Shown in pieces: positions 32,271-40,677 of a DNA stretch of 64,000 nucleotides. The position numbers and the translations under genes are program-made. This DNA is from an uncultured Bacillota bacterium (lineage in GTDB: Bacteria; Bacillota_I; Bacilli_A; RFN20; CAG-826), in NCBI GenBank assembly GCA_949289845.1, contig CASEPN010000003.1, forward strand, positions 77,558 to 141,557, written 5' to 3'. The stretch's first letter is position 1; the number at the start of each line of letters is the position of its first letter. The notes under the pieces were generated by a model. The model was not told where the DNA came from and made no database searches. It worked only from the letters and a program-made list of their open reading frames with translations.

Positions 32271-32579
32271 CTATGCGTCCTCTATATCCAGGAGGTCGGG
32301 GAAGGGGATGCGGATCCCTTCGGCGATGAGAAGCCCTTCTTCGGGGCTAATCTTCTCTATATGGCCGAACAGAGTTCTTCTATGATTCAGTCTGAAATAG
32401 GTAATTTTCGAAATTTGACCAGAGTATTGCAAAAGATATTCGTTCATTTCCTCTGCCTTTTCCTCGGAAATGAGGGGCTTTTCCTCTCGTTCCAGGCGCT
32501 CGTTCATCGCCCTGTTGATCTCGGCTTGCTCCACAAGCGACTTGTAGGGAAGCCACTTCATCATCCCTCTGTCCTTCAT
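32271..32579 (-). CDS. YolD-like protein
   Basis: DRGMMKWLPY, KPLISEE, GHIEKI; ATGA-coupled to the Y-family polymerase. Confidence 0.85.
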   Translation of the reverse strand: MKDRGMMKWLPYKSLVEQAEINRAMNERLEREEKPLISEEKAEEMNEYLLQYSGQISKITYFRLNHRRTLFGHIEKISPEEGLLIAEGIRIPFPDLLDIEDA

Positions 32580-33820
32580 CGCCTGTGGCCTCCGATCTGT
32601 CCGTGTCGCGTCCTGGCGGTGGAGTGTCCTAGGAGCGAGGAGCAGCGAAGAAGCGCGCTTTCGCCGAAGCGGTCCGCGATCCTATCCATCGAGCGGTCGA
32701 GGCCCCTCCTTTTCTCCATGTCCTCGAGGCTGAAGGAAAGAAGACCTTGCTCTCCCTCGTCAGGGGATAAGGACCCATAGGCGAGATGGAGTTGCCGGAT
32801 CGGAAGGCCATCGGGGATCCCGGAGCATAGGGAGAGGGTGAGTTCCTCGACGAGGCAGCGGTCTCCCGTGGGGTAGCTGAAGGCCGCTTCCTTCATGTAG
32901 CCTCCTCCCATCCCTCCGAACGAGACGCCTAGCTGCACCTTCCCGACGAGCATTCCTTCCTCCCGGAGCCTTCTCCTGAGGTCGTCCCCCATCTCCAGGA
33001 AGAGGAGGCGGCATTCTTCCTTCTTGTAGTCACGGATGAGAGTCTGTCCGATGTGAAGGCTATGCTCGCGGGGGACGTAGGGCGAGCGCATGTTGCTTTC
33101 GTCTATGCCCTGCATGAGGTCGCTCAGCTGGGCGCCCATGACCCCGAGCTCCTCCTCTAGGAAGTCCCGGTCCGCCTCCCCGAGCTCCTTCGGTGTGCGG
33201 ATCCCGAGGCGGGCGAGGCGCGTCTTCGTGCCTCCCGCGATGCCCCAGATCTTTTCCAGGGAGGAGACGTTCCAGAGCTTCTTCTCCGCGTCCTCCCTTG
33301 TCCATCTCGCCGTGTAGGGAGGAGCCTTCTTGCCTTCCTGGTCGAGTGCGCACTTGGCCATGAACATGGAATCGCCGATCCCGGCGGTCGCAGTGAGCCC
33401 AAGCCTTTCCTTTATCCTTTTCTTAATCCTCTCGGCGATCTCCTCCGCACTGACGCCATAGAGGGTGAGATATGGCCCGAGGTTCAGGAAGCTCTCGTCC
33501 ACGGAGTAGACGTGGATGTCCTCCGCGGAGACGAACTCCCGGAAGATGCGCACGACGTCCGCGGCGACCTTGAGGTAGTACTCCATCCTGGGTCGGGCGA
33601 AGATGAGGCCCGGGATGTCGGGGAGGTCGCGCTTCCGGCAGACGTTGGGGACGCCATATCGCTTTTTCAGGTACGGGGTGACGGACATCACGACCGAGCT
33701 CTCGCTCCGGTTGGGGTCGCAGCACACCAAAGGGGCCTCGAACATGTCGAGATGGCGGGAGGCGCACTCCACCGAGGCATAGAAGCTTTTCAAATCGATT
33801 ACGGCAATTGTCCGTTCCAT
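32576..33820 (-). CDS. Y-family DNA polymerase (UvrX/YqjW, UmuC-like)
   Basis: IDLKSFYASVE, PRMEYY, YSVDESF, IWGI, C-terminal IGGH. Confidence 0.92.
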   Translation of the reverse strand: MERTIAVIDLKSFYASVECASRHLDMFEAPLVCCDPNRSESSVVMSVTPYLKKRYGVPNVCRKRDLPDIPGLIFARPRMEYYLKVAADVVRIFREFVSAEDIHVYSVDESFLNLGPYLTLYGVSAEEIAERIKKRIKERLGLTATAGIGDSMFMAKCALDQEGKKAPPYTARWTREDAEKKLWNVSSLEKIWGIAGGTKTRLARLGIRTPKELGEADRDFLEEELGVMGAQLSDLMQGIDESNMRSPYVPREHSLHIGQTLIRDYKKEECRLLFLEMGDDLRRRLREEGMLVGKVQLGVSFGGMGGGYMKEAAFSYPTGDRCLVEELTLSLCSGIPDGLPIRQLHLAYGSLSPDEGEQGLLSFSLEDMEKRRGLDRSMDRIADRFGESALLRCSSLLGHSTARTRHGQIGGHRR

Positions 33821-33903
33821 GCCCCTATATCCTATTGAGGGGTCTCCTGAGAGAGGAGTCTTGACTTTCGCTCCCTCAGGGAAACCCCAGAGGAGGTGCC
33901 TTC

Positions 33904-35193
33904 ATGACCGACGTGGCGATTCTCATTCTCCTGGGAGCGATGCTTCTTGCGACTCTCTACCTCATCTTCGACCGGGTGCGTTCTGGGAAGAAGGGGACGG
34001 ATTCCCTGAGCCCTGATCTCCTGCGTCTGAAGGAAGAAATCCCCCTCCTTGTGGAAAACCGCCTCAAGGAAGAGACGATCCGTATGAGCGAGGCGCTTTC
34101 CCGGGAGGAAAAGAGGCTGGGGGAGGAGGTTCGTTCCCTCCAGGAATCCTTCCTTCGCTTCCAGGGGGAGCAGAAGGAGGAGTCAGCGAAGGCGAGGGAG
34201 GCAATGCTCGGGAAGAGCGTCGAGATGGGCTCCCTTTCCCTCAAGGCGGTCCAGGAGGCTGGGGACAAGATGCGGGAGGAGGTCGAGAAGAAGCTCCTCG
34301 CGATCTCGGAGAAGGTCGACCTCGCCCTCCGGGACGGCTTCCGCGGGAACCAGGAGTCCCTTGCGGGCATCCAGGAGAGGCTTGCGAAGATCGACGAGGC
34401 GCAGCGCCATCTGGATGCTCTCCAGAAGGACGTGGTCAGCCTGAACGCCGTCCTCCAGGGGAACCAGACGAGAGGACGCTACGGGGAGCTCCAGCTCGAG
34501 ATGCTCCTCGAGAAGGCGTTCCCCGAGGGAAGGGCGACGGGGCATTACGAGATTCAAAGGGAGCTCCCCGGGACCCATGGGGAGGTCCTGCGTCCGGACG
34601 CGTCAATCATCCTCATGCGCGGGGATGAGGAAGTCCGCCTTCCCATCGATAGCAAGTTCCCCTTCGATTCCTACGGGCGATATCTCTCGGAAAAGGATGA
34701 GGAGAGGAAGGGGGAGGCGCTCAAGGCCTTCAAGTCCGCCGTCCGGGAGAGGGCGAAGGACGTGATGAAGTACGTCGGGCTTCCCGGGACGATGGATCAG
34801 GCGATCCTCTTCATTCCCTCCGAAGGAATCTTCGCGACGATCGAGAACGAGTTCCCCGACCTTGTGGACGAGTTCCGTTCCCGGGGCGTCCTCTTCGCCT
34901 CCCCCACCATCCTCCTCGCCCTCATCGTCATCATCCACGGGAACGAGCGTGAGATGAAAAGAAGCAAGGAAAGCGAGGAAATCAGGAAGAATCTGATCCT
35001 TCTTGGGAAGGAGTTCGATCGGCTGGGCGGCCGCTGGGAAGCCCTGGTCAGGCGGGTCAAGGGACTCGACAAGGACACCGACGACCTTTCCATCACGGTG
35101 AGGAAGATCAACCGCCGCTTCGTCGAGATCGAAGGAGGGGAAGGGGCCAGGCAGGACGAGGTCCCGGAGGCCATCGAAGGGAGCGTGGAATAG
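33904..35193 (+). CDS. rmuC: DNA recombination protein RmuC
   Basis: N-terminal TM and coiled coil, RGRYGELQL, RPDA, IDSKFP, FIPSEGI, SPTIL. Confidence 0.9.
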   Translation: MTDVAILILLGAMLLATLYLIFDRVRSGKKGTDSLSPDLLRLKEEIPLLVENRLKEETIRMSEALSREEKRLGEEVRSLQESFLRFQGEQKEESAKAREAMLGKSVEMGSLSLKAVQEAGDKMREEVEKKLLAISEKVDLALRDGFRGNQESLAGIQERLAKIDEAQRHLDALQKDVVSLNAVLQGNQTRGRYGELQLEMLLEKAFPEGRATGHYEIQRELPGTHGEVLRPDASIILMRGDEEVRLPIDSKFPFDSYGRYLSEKDEERKGEALKAFKSAVRERAKDVMKYVGLPGTMDQAILFIPSEGIFATIENEFPDLVDEFRSRGVLFASPTILLALIVIIHGNEREMKRSKESEEIRKNLILLGKEFDRLGGRWEALVRRVKGLDKDTDDLSITVRKINRRFVEIEGGEGARQDEVPEAIEGSVE

Positions 35194-35195
35194 CC

Positions 35196-35224
35196 TTGCA
35201 TCGCCCGGGCGTCGCTCCTATAAT
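35196..35224 (+). promoter_or_regulatory. Sigma70 promoter of the tRNA
   Basis: TTGCAT-17 nt-TATAAT. Confidence 0.75.
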
Positions 35225-35238
35225 CCGCGTTGCCTTGC

Positions 35239-35314
35239 GGGGCTGTGGCTCAGCTGGTAGAGCACGTCGTTCGCATCGATGAGGTCGCGGGTTCGAGTCC
35301 CGTCAGCTCCACCA
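35239..35314 (+). tRNA. tRNA-Ala (anticodon CGC)
   Basis: 76-nt cloverleaf; acceptor stem GGGGCTG/CAGCTCC with G3:U70; anticodon loop TT-CGC-AT; TTCGA T-loop; encoded CCA. Confidence 0.96.
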
Positions 35315-35323
35315 TCGCACTGG

Positions 35324-35350
35324 CAGGCGTCCCACCCGGGACGCCTTTTC
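35324..35350 (+). terminator. Intrinsic terminator after the tRNA
   Basis: AGGCGTCCC-ACCCG-GGGACGCCT-TTTC. Confidence 0.85.
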
Positions 35351-35375
35351 TTGTCCATGGGATTAGAATCCCCGC

Positions 35376-36071
35376 ATGGACTTCTCCGGTTTTGAAAAGC
35401 TCTCGCTCCTGGACTACGACAAGCACATCGCGAGCTCCCTCTTCGTCGCGGGATGCGACTTCCGCTGCCCCTGGTGCCATAACTCTTCGCTCGTCATGGA
35501 CCCAGCCTCTGCCCCCACCATCCCGTGGGAGGAGATTCTGGCGTTTTTCAAGAAGAGGAAAGGGATGATTGAGGGAGTCTGCCTCACGGGGGGAGAGCCC
35601 ACCCTCATGCCCGACCTCATGGAGAAGATCAATGACCTGAAGTCCCTTGGCTATCTTGTGAAGCTAGACACGAACGGTTCGAGACCGAAGGTGCTCAAGG
35701 AAGCGCTGGAATCCGGACTCGTCGACTATGTGGCGATGGATATCAAGAACGCGCCTTCAAGATACGCAAGGACCGTAGGGCTTGCCTTGCTAGACATCGC
35801 CCCCATCAAGGAATCCGCCTCCCTGCTTCTTGCCGGGGGAGTGGACTTCGAGTTCCGCACGACGATCGTCGAGGAGTTCCATGACGAGGAGGCGATGAAG
35901 GAAATCGCAGGGTGGATCAAGGGAGCGCCCCGCTACTTCCTCCAAAGGTACATCGACGGGCCCAACTGCATTCGCTCCGGTTTCCATATGGTGGAGAAGG
36001 AAAAGGCCAGCGCCTGGCTGGCCTTGTTCTCCGAATCGGTGGGATCCGCATCGCTTCGTGGCTACGACTGA
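35376..36071 (+). CDS. nrdG: Anaerobic ribonucleotide reductase activating enzyme (radical SAM)
   Basis: SLLDY, GCDFRCPWCHN, TGGEPT, KLDTNG, VAMDIK, EFRTT; next to nrdD. Confidence 0.9.
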   Translation: MDFSGFEKLSLLDYDKHIASSLFVAGCDFRCPWCHNSSLVMDPASAPTIPWEEILAFFKKRKGMIEGVCLTGGEPTLMPDLMEKINDLKSLGYLVKLDTNGSRPKVLKEALESGLVDYVAMDIKNAPSRYARTVGLALLDIAPIKESASLLLAGGVDFEFRTTIVEEFHDEEAMKEIAGWIKGAPRYFLQRYIDGPNCIRSGFHMVEKEKASAWLALFSESVGSASLRGYD

Positions 36072-36985
36072 GGGAGCGCGGACAGGTAGCGGTCGGCGGA
36101 GAGAGCGGCAATCGCCCCGTCGTTCACCGCGGTGACGACCTGGCGGACTTCCTTCTTCCGGCAGTCCCCAGCAGCAAAGACGCCAGGCGTCCTTGTCCTC
36201 ATCCCTTCGTCGGCGATCACGTATCCTTTCTCATCGAGGTCGACGAGGTTCCGGAACCTTTCGTTATCAGGAAGTTGCCCGATCGCGACGAAGATGCCTT
36301 CGCATTCAAGCGAGAGCTTTTCGTGAGAATCCGTTCCTTCAAACAGGACGCGCAGGGTATTCCCGTTGTTTTCAATGGCTTTTGAGGAGATTCCATGGTG
36401 AACGTGGACGTTCGGGAGGGCCGCTAGGGTGTCGACTAACCCTTTTTCCGCAAAGAAACTATCGAAAAGCGTGCAAATCTCAACTTCTTTTGCGGTTTTC
36501 GCGAGATAGTTCGCGTACTGGACGGCGGAGTTGCCGTCGCCAATGACGATTGCTCTCTTTCCTTCGACCTGGAAGGAGTCACAGACGGCGCAGTAGTAGA
36601 CGCCCTTGCCGACGTTCTCCTTCTCCCCGGGGATTCCGAGCTCCCGGTGCTTCGCTCCTGTCGCCAGGATGACCGCGTCCGCCTCGATGTCGGTATATTG
36701 GCAATGAACGAGGAACCGGTTTTCCTTCTTTTCGACGGATAACGCCTCATCTGGCTCCATTTCTGCCCCGATGGCCATCGTCTGCTCGAACATCGCGTTG
36801 CTAAGTTCGAGTCCGCTTCCTTTCGGGAAGGCGGGGTAGTTCTCGACGAGAGGGGAAGTGGCGATTTGGCCACCGATGGATTCCCTTTCGACAAGGACCA
36901 CCTTATGGCCGGCCCTGAGGCCGTATATAGCCGAAGAAAGGGCGGCTGGGCCGCCCCCGATGACGACGATCTTCCTAGGCCGCAT
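36062..36985 (-). CDS. trxB: Thioredoxin-disulfide reductase
   Basis: IGGGPA, GGQI, VENYP, ATGA, YCAVCD (CxxC), FAAGD, AVNDG. Start MRPRK overlaps the nrdD end. Confidence 0.9.
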   Translation of the reverse strand: MRPRKIVVIGGGPAALSSAIYGLRAGHKVVLVERESIGGQIATSPLVENYPAFPKGSGLELSNAMFEQTMAIGAEMEPDEALSVEKKENRFLVHCQYTDIEADAVILATGAKHRELGIPGEKENVGKGVYYCAVCDSFQVEGKRAIVIGDGNSAVQYANYLAKTAKEVEICTLFDSFFAEKGLVDTLAALPNVHVHHGISSKAIENNGNTLRVLFEGTDSHEKLSLECEGIFVAIGQLPDNERFRNLVDLDEKGYVIADEGMRTRTPGVFAAGDCRKKEVRQVVTAVNDGAIAALSADRYLSALPQS

Positions 36986-39374
36986 GCTTGACGGAGTCGA
37001 CGTAGCCGCGGATCTTGCTCGCGTTGTCGAACATCTCGTAGCCGTTCTCGGTCGGGACGAGGAGTGTGGGCGCGTTCTTGACGTGCGCCATTTCCACAAG
37101 GTCCTTGTGGGAGGCGGCGTCGAGCGCCGTGTAGCGGATGCCCCCGCGGTCGAGAATCATCTTGGCCATCTGGCAGTTCGGGCAGGTCGGCGAGGTGAAG
37201 AGGATCGGTCCTTCCGGCATTCCCGCAAGCTCGGGGGCCGGCTCGTGCTGGTGGAGCTCGCAGGCATGGATGCCGTGGCTTTCCATGTTCTTCTCGTCCG
37301 TGCAACCCTTGCGGATGGCGTAGGTCTGGCGGTCGCGGAACTCCTGGGCCTTCCCGGCATTCCAGTTCTTGACCGGGCGGTAGTAGCCGGTGATGCGGCT
37401 ATAAACCTCCGCCTCCTTCCCGCAGTATGGGCACTTCCACTGCTCGCCCTGGAGGTAGCCGTGGTCCTGGCAGACGGAGTAGGTGGGGGACATGGTGTAG
37501 TAGGGGAGCTTGTAGTTCTCCGCGATCGTGCGGACGAGCTTCATGCAGCTCTGCCAGTCCGGGAGCCTCTGACCGAGGAAAGCGTGGAAGACGGTCCCGG
37601 AGGTGTAGAGGGTCTGGAAGCGGTCCTCGATGTCGAGCGCCTGGAAGATGTCCGAGGTGAAGCCGACAGGGAGGTGCGAGCTGTTGGTGTAGTAGGGGGT
37701 GCCGCCTTCGTTGGCGGTGATGATGTCCGGGTAGCGCTCCTTGTCGTGCTTGGCAAGGCGGTAGGCGGTGCTCTCCGCGGGGGTGGCCTCGAGGTTGAAG
37801 AGCTCGCCGGCGTACCGCTCCTGGTAGCCGGAGAGGCGGTCCCTCATGTGGTTGAGCACCTCAACGGTGAAGTCCTGGGCCTCCTTGTCGGTGAGATCCT
37901 TCCTCAGCCAGCGGGCGTTGAGGCAGGCCTCGTTCATGCCTACGAGACCGATCGTCGAGAAGTGGTTGGCGAATGTGCCGAGGTAATGCTTGGTGTAGGG
38001 GTATAGCCCCGCGTCCAGGAGTGCGGTGACGAACTCGCGCTTCGCGTGGAGGGAGCGGGCGGCGACGTCCATCAGGTGGTCGAGGCGCTGGAAGAAGTCC
38101 TCGCGGTTCTCCGCGAGATAGGCCAGGCGCGGCATATTGAGGGTGACCACGCCGATCGATCCGGTGGACTCGCCGGAGCCGAAGTAGCCGCCGGACTTCT
38201 TGCGAAGCTCGCGGAGGTCGAGCCTGAGGCGGCAGCACATCGAGCGGACGTCGCTCGGCTTCATGTCGCTATTGATGTAGTTGCTGAAGTAGGGCGTGCC
38301 GTACTTGGCCGTCATCGTGAAGAGGAGGCGGTTGTTCTCGTTATCCGACCAGTCGAAGTCCTTGGTGATGGAGTAGGTCGGGATCGGGTACTGGAAGCCC
38401 CTTCCGTTCGCATCGCCCTCGATCATGACCTCGATGAACGCCTTGTTCACCATCGCCATCTCCTCGACGCAGTCCTTGTACTTGAAGGGCATCTCCTTCC
38501 CGCCGACGATACAGTTCAGTTCCGCCATGTCGTCGGGGACGGTCCAGTCGAGGGTGACGTTGGTGAAGGGCGCCTGGGTGCCCCAGCGGGACGGGGTGTT
38601 GACCCCGTAGATGAAGCTCTGGATGCACTGCTTCACTTCCTTGTAGGAGAGGTTATCGACCTTGACGAAGGGGGCGAGGTAAGTGTCGAAGCTCGAGAAG
38701 GCCTGGGCCCCCGCCCATTCGTTCTGCATGATGCCGAGGAAGTTGACCATCTGGTTGCAGAGGGTCATGAGGTGGTTGGCCGGGGAGGAGGTGATCTTCC
38801 CGGGCACGCCCCCGAGGCCCTGCTGGATCAGCTGCTTCAGGCTCCAGCCGGCGCAGTAGCCGGTGAGCATGGAAAGGTCGTGGATGTGCATGGCCGCGGA
38901 ACGGTGGGCCTCGGCTATCTCCTTGTCATAGACCTGGGAGAGCCAGTAGTTCGCGGTGACCGCGCCCGAGTTGGAAAGGATGAGCCCGCCTACAGAGTAG
39001 GTGACGGTGCTGTTCTCCTTCACGCGCCAGTCGTTGATCTTCAGGTAGTTGTCGACGACCGCCGCGTAGTTCAGCTCGGTGTTCCGCATCTCGCGGAGCT
39101 CCTCGTGCTGCCTCCGGTAGCCCATGTAGGAGCGGGCGACGTCGATGTAGCCGGTCTCGATGAGGGCGATCTCGACGCTGTCCTGGATGTCCTCCACGCC
39201 GATGATCCCGTCCTTCACCTTGTTCCCGAAGTGGCTCGTGGCACGGAGAGCGATGAGTTCGATGACGCTCTTGTCGGGGGTCACGTGCTCGGCTACGAGG
39301 GCCCTCTCGATGGCCCACTCGATCTTCTTGATGTCGAACTCGACGATGGAACCGTTTCTCTTCTGGACTCTCAT
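36975..39374 (-). CDS. nrdD: Class III ribonucleoside-triphosphate reductase with an ATP cone and a C-terminal glutaredoxin-like (CPNC) domain
   Basis: VQKRNG ATP cone, HIHDL, GYCAGW, SMCCRL, NLEATPAEST, CQDH..CPYC, glycyl loop YSRITGYY, then FTSPTCPNC...APTL; SD AAAGGAG. Confidence 0.93.
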   Translation of the reverse strand: MRVQKRNGSIVEFDIKKIEWAIERALVAEHVTPDKSVIELIALRATSHFGNKVKDGIIGVEDIQDSVEIALIETGYIDVARSYMGYRRQHEELREMRNTELNYAAVVDNYLKINDWRVKENSTVTYSVGGLILSNSGAVTANYWLSQVYDKEIAEAHRSAAMHIHDLSMLTGYCAGWSLKQLIQQGLGGVPGKITSSPANHLMTLCNQMVNFLGIMQNEWAGAQAFSSFDTYLAPFVKVDNLSYKEVKQCIQSFIYGVNTPSRWGTQAPFTNVTLDWTVPDDMAELNCIVGGKEMPFKYKDCVEEMAMVNKAFIEVMIEGDANGRGFQYPIPTYSITKDFDWSDNENNRLLFTMTAKYGTPYFSNYINSDMKPSDVRSMCCRLRLDLRELRKKSGGYFGSGESTGSIGVVTLNMPRLAYLAENREDFFQRLDHLMDVAARSLHAKREFVTALLDAGLYPYTKHYLGTFANHFSTIGLVGMNEACLNARWLRKDLTDKEAQDFTVEVLNHMRDRLSGYQERYAGELFNLEATPAESTAYRLAKHDKERYPDIITANEGGTPYYTNSSHLPVGFTSDIFQALDIEDRFQTLYTSGTVFHAFLGQRLPDWQSCMKLVRTIAENYKLPYYTMSPTYSVCQDHGYLQGEQWKCPYCGKEAEVYSRITGYYRPVKNWNAGKAQEFRDRQTYAIRKGCTDEKNMESHGIHACELHQHEPAPELAGMPEGPILFTSPTCPNCQMAKMILDRGGIRYTALDAASHKDLVEMAHVKNAPTLLVPTENGYEMFDNASKIRGYVDSVKHAA

Positions 39375-39457
39375 GGGCAATCTCCTTTGGGAAGGGGCTT
39401 CAAACCCTAGGGACGGCAAGGTCCCGAAGGCGCCCTTCTCGCGTTTCGTGCTGCGCA

Positions 39458-39486
39458 ACTATCTGACAAGGGAAGCGATTTGTCAT
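39458..39486 (-). promoter_or_regulatory. Candidate nrdD promoter overlapped by a palindromic operator
   Basis: Minus-strand ATGACA-17 nt-GATAGT; TGACAA-N10-TTGTCA at 39464-39485. Confidence 0.4.
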
Positions 39487-39559
39487 GCCCCACGCTCAAC
39501 ATTTGCATTGGGGTTAATGCCTTCCCATTTTTCAGAGAATTTTCAATAGGAGTCATTAG

Positions 39560-39930
39560 GCGCATGCGCCGGATTTGAGTGGCAAGCCAAAGCCAATCCC
39601 TAGTCAATACGGACTTGCAGGATTTTATTACGCTGTATAGAAATAGTTTTCCACCGTCAATACCGGTTTACCGATATTGATTAGTTATTGTTCGGAAGAT
39701 CCTGAGCCAGCAGACCTATTTCGTATTGAAGTAACTTTTCTCTGGAATTGGTTGTATGCACAAATTTCTTCGACATATCCACTAATTCCTCTCCTTGTCT
39801 TTTTAGAAAGTGGGATGGCGTCTTGCCTTTTCGTTTTGTGCATAAGTCCGCTTCGCCAGCAGTTGATCAGATATGGGGGTTTGAAAACGCTTAACTCGCT
39901 CTAGTTTATAAACAAAACACATATTCACTT
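39560..39930. other. AT-rich non-coding region with DnaA-box-like 9-mers (candidate oriC)
   Basis: TGTGCATAA 39837-39845 (reverse complement TTATGCACA, fits TTWTNCACA). One-mismatch copies at 39647, 39754 and 39906; two-mismatch copies at 39775 and 39921. Confidence 0.4.
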
Positions 39931-39972
39931 GCCTATAATCCCGCCGGCTATTAAAGGGAAGGGAGATTCACA

Positions 39973-40677
39973 ATGGCCGAGAAAGAAAACGAAGTGAAAG
40001 CCGCCGAGCCCGAGAAGAAGCCCGCGCGGAAGAAGAGGGATTGGAAGCTCTGGAAGGAGTTCAAGGCCTTCATGAACCGTGGCAACGCGATGGATCTTGC
40101 CATCGGCGTCGTCATCGGCGGAGTGTTCAACGCGATCGTCACCGCGCTGACCAACATCCTGCTCTCCATCTGCACCTGGGCCGTCCCGGGCGGACTTGCC
40201 GGGCTCGTCACCGTGCTCCCGCCGGTCAGCGCCGGTCAGGACCCGACCAATGTCGACCCGAGCTGGCAGGCCAGCTACACCGGCGCCGAGTTCCTCGACA
40301 AGGTCAATGAGCTGACCGAGGCCGGCGCGAACGTCACCGTCTTCACCTCCAGCTACACCCAGCACGGCACCTCCTACTACTACAACGGGGCCGCGATCAT
40401 CGACTGGGGCGCCTTCATAAATGCCGTCATCACCTTCGTCCTCGTCGGACTGACCCTCTTCGTCATCGTCAAGGTCTACAACTACCTGAAGGCCCAGAAG
40501 GAGAAGCTCGCCGCCGAGGCGCTCGAGCGCTACTACCTCGCCCACCCCGAGGAGCGTCCCGTCCCGCCCGAGCCCGGGAAGCCCGAGCCCACTGAGAAGG
40601 ACCTCCTCAAGGGCATCCTCGTTGAGCTCCAGAAGCAGAACGGGGGAGAGGCCGCTTCCGCTGAGAAGAAGGCCTGA
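39973..40677 (+). CDS. mscL: Large-conductance mechanosensitive channel, enlarged
   Basis: KEFKAFMNRGNAMDLAIGVVIGG, IDWGAFINAVITF, C-terminal EKDLLKGILVEL; long insertion between the TMs. Confidence 0.9.
   Translation: MAEKENEVKAAEPEKKPARKKRDWKLWKEFKAFMNRGNAMDLAIGVVIGGVFNAIVTALTNILLSICTWAVPGGLAGLVTVLPPVSAGQDPTNVDPSWQASYTGAEFLDKVNELTEAGANVTVFTSSYTQHGTSYYYNGAAIIDWGAFINAVITFVLVGLTLFVIVKVYNYLKAQKEKLAAEALERYYLAHPEERPVPPEPGKPEPTEKDLLKGILVELQKQNGGEAASAEKKA

Noticed and set aside
29523-35314. Prophage or island remnant (phage-like ThyX, Y-polymerase/YolD, tRNA)
   Set aside because: No integrase, att duplication or structural genes. These genes are interleaved with housekeeping genes.
38046-39410. 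Long antisense ORFs (also 3031-4581, 16049-17278, 53331-54653, 54701-56071, 58144-59208)
   Set aside because: They mirror well-supported genes and have no motifs. They are the expected shadows of extreme GC3 bias.
39375-39560. Cobalamin riboswitch or NrdR boxes upstream of nrdD
   Set aside because: No B12-box core is recognisable. CTCAACATTTGC and CAACTATCTG only loosely resemble NrdR boxes.
39677-39904. 75-aa ORF in the AT-rich gap
   Set aside because: TTG start, no SD or -10 support, non-host codon usage and no motif.
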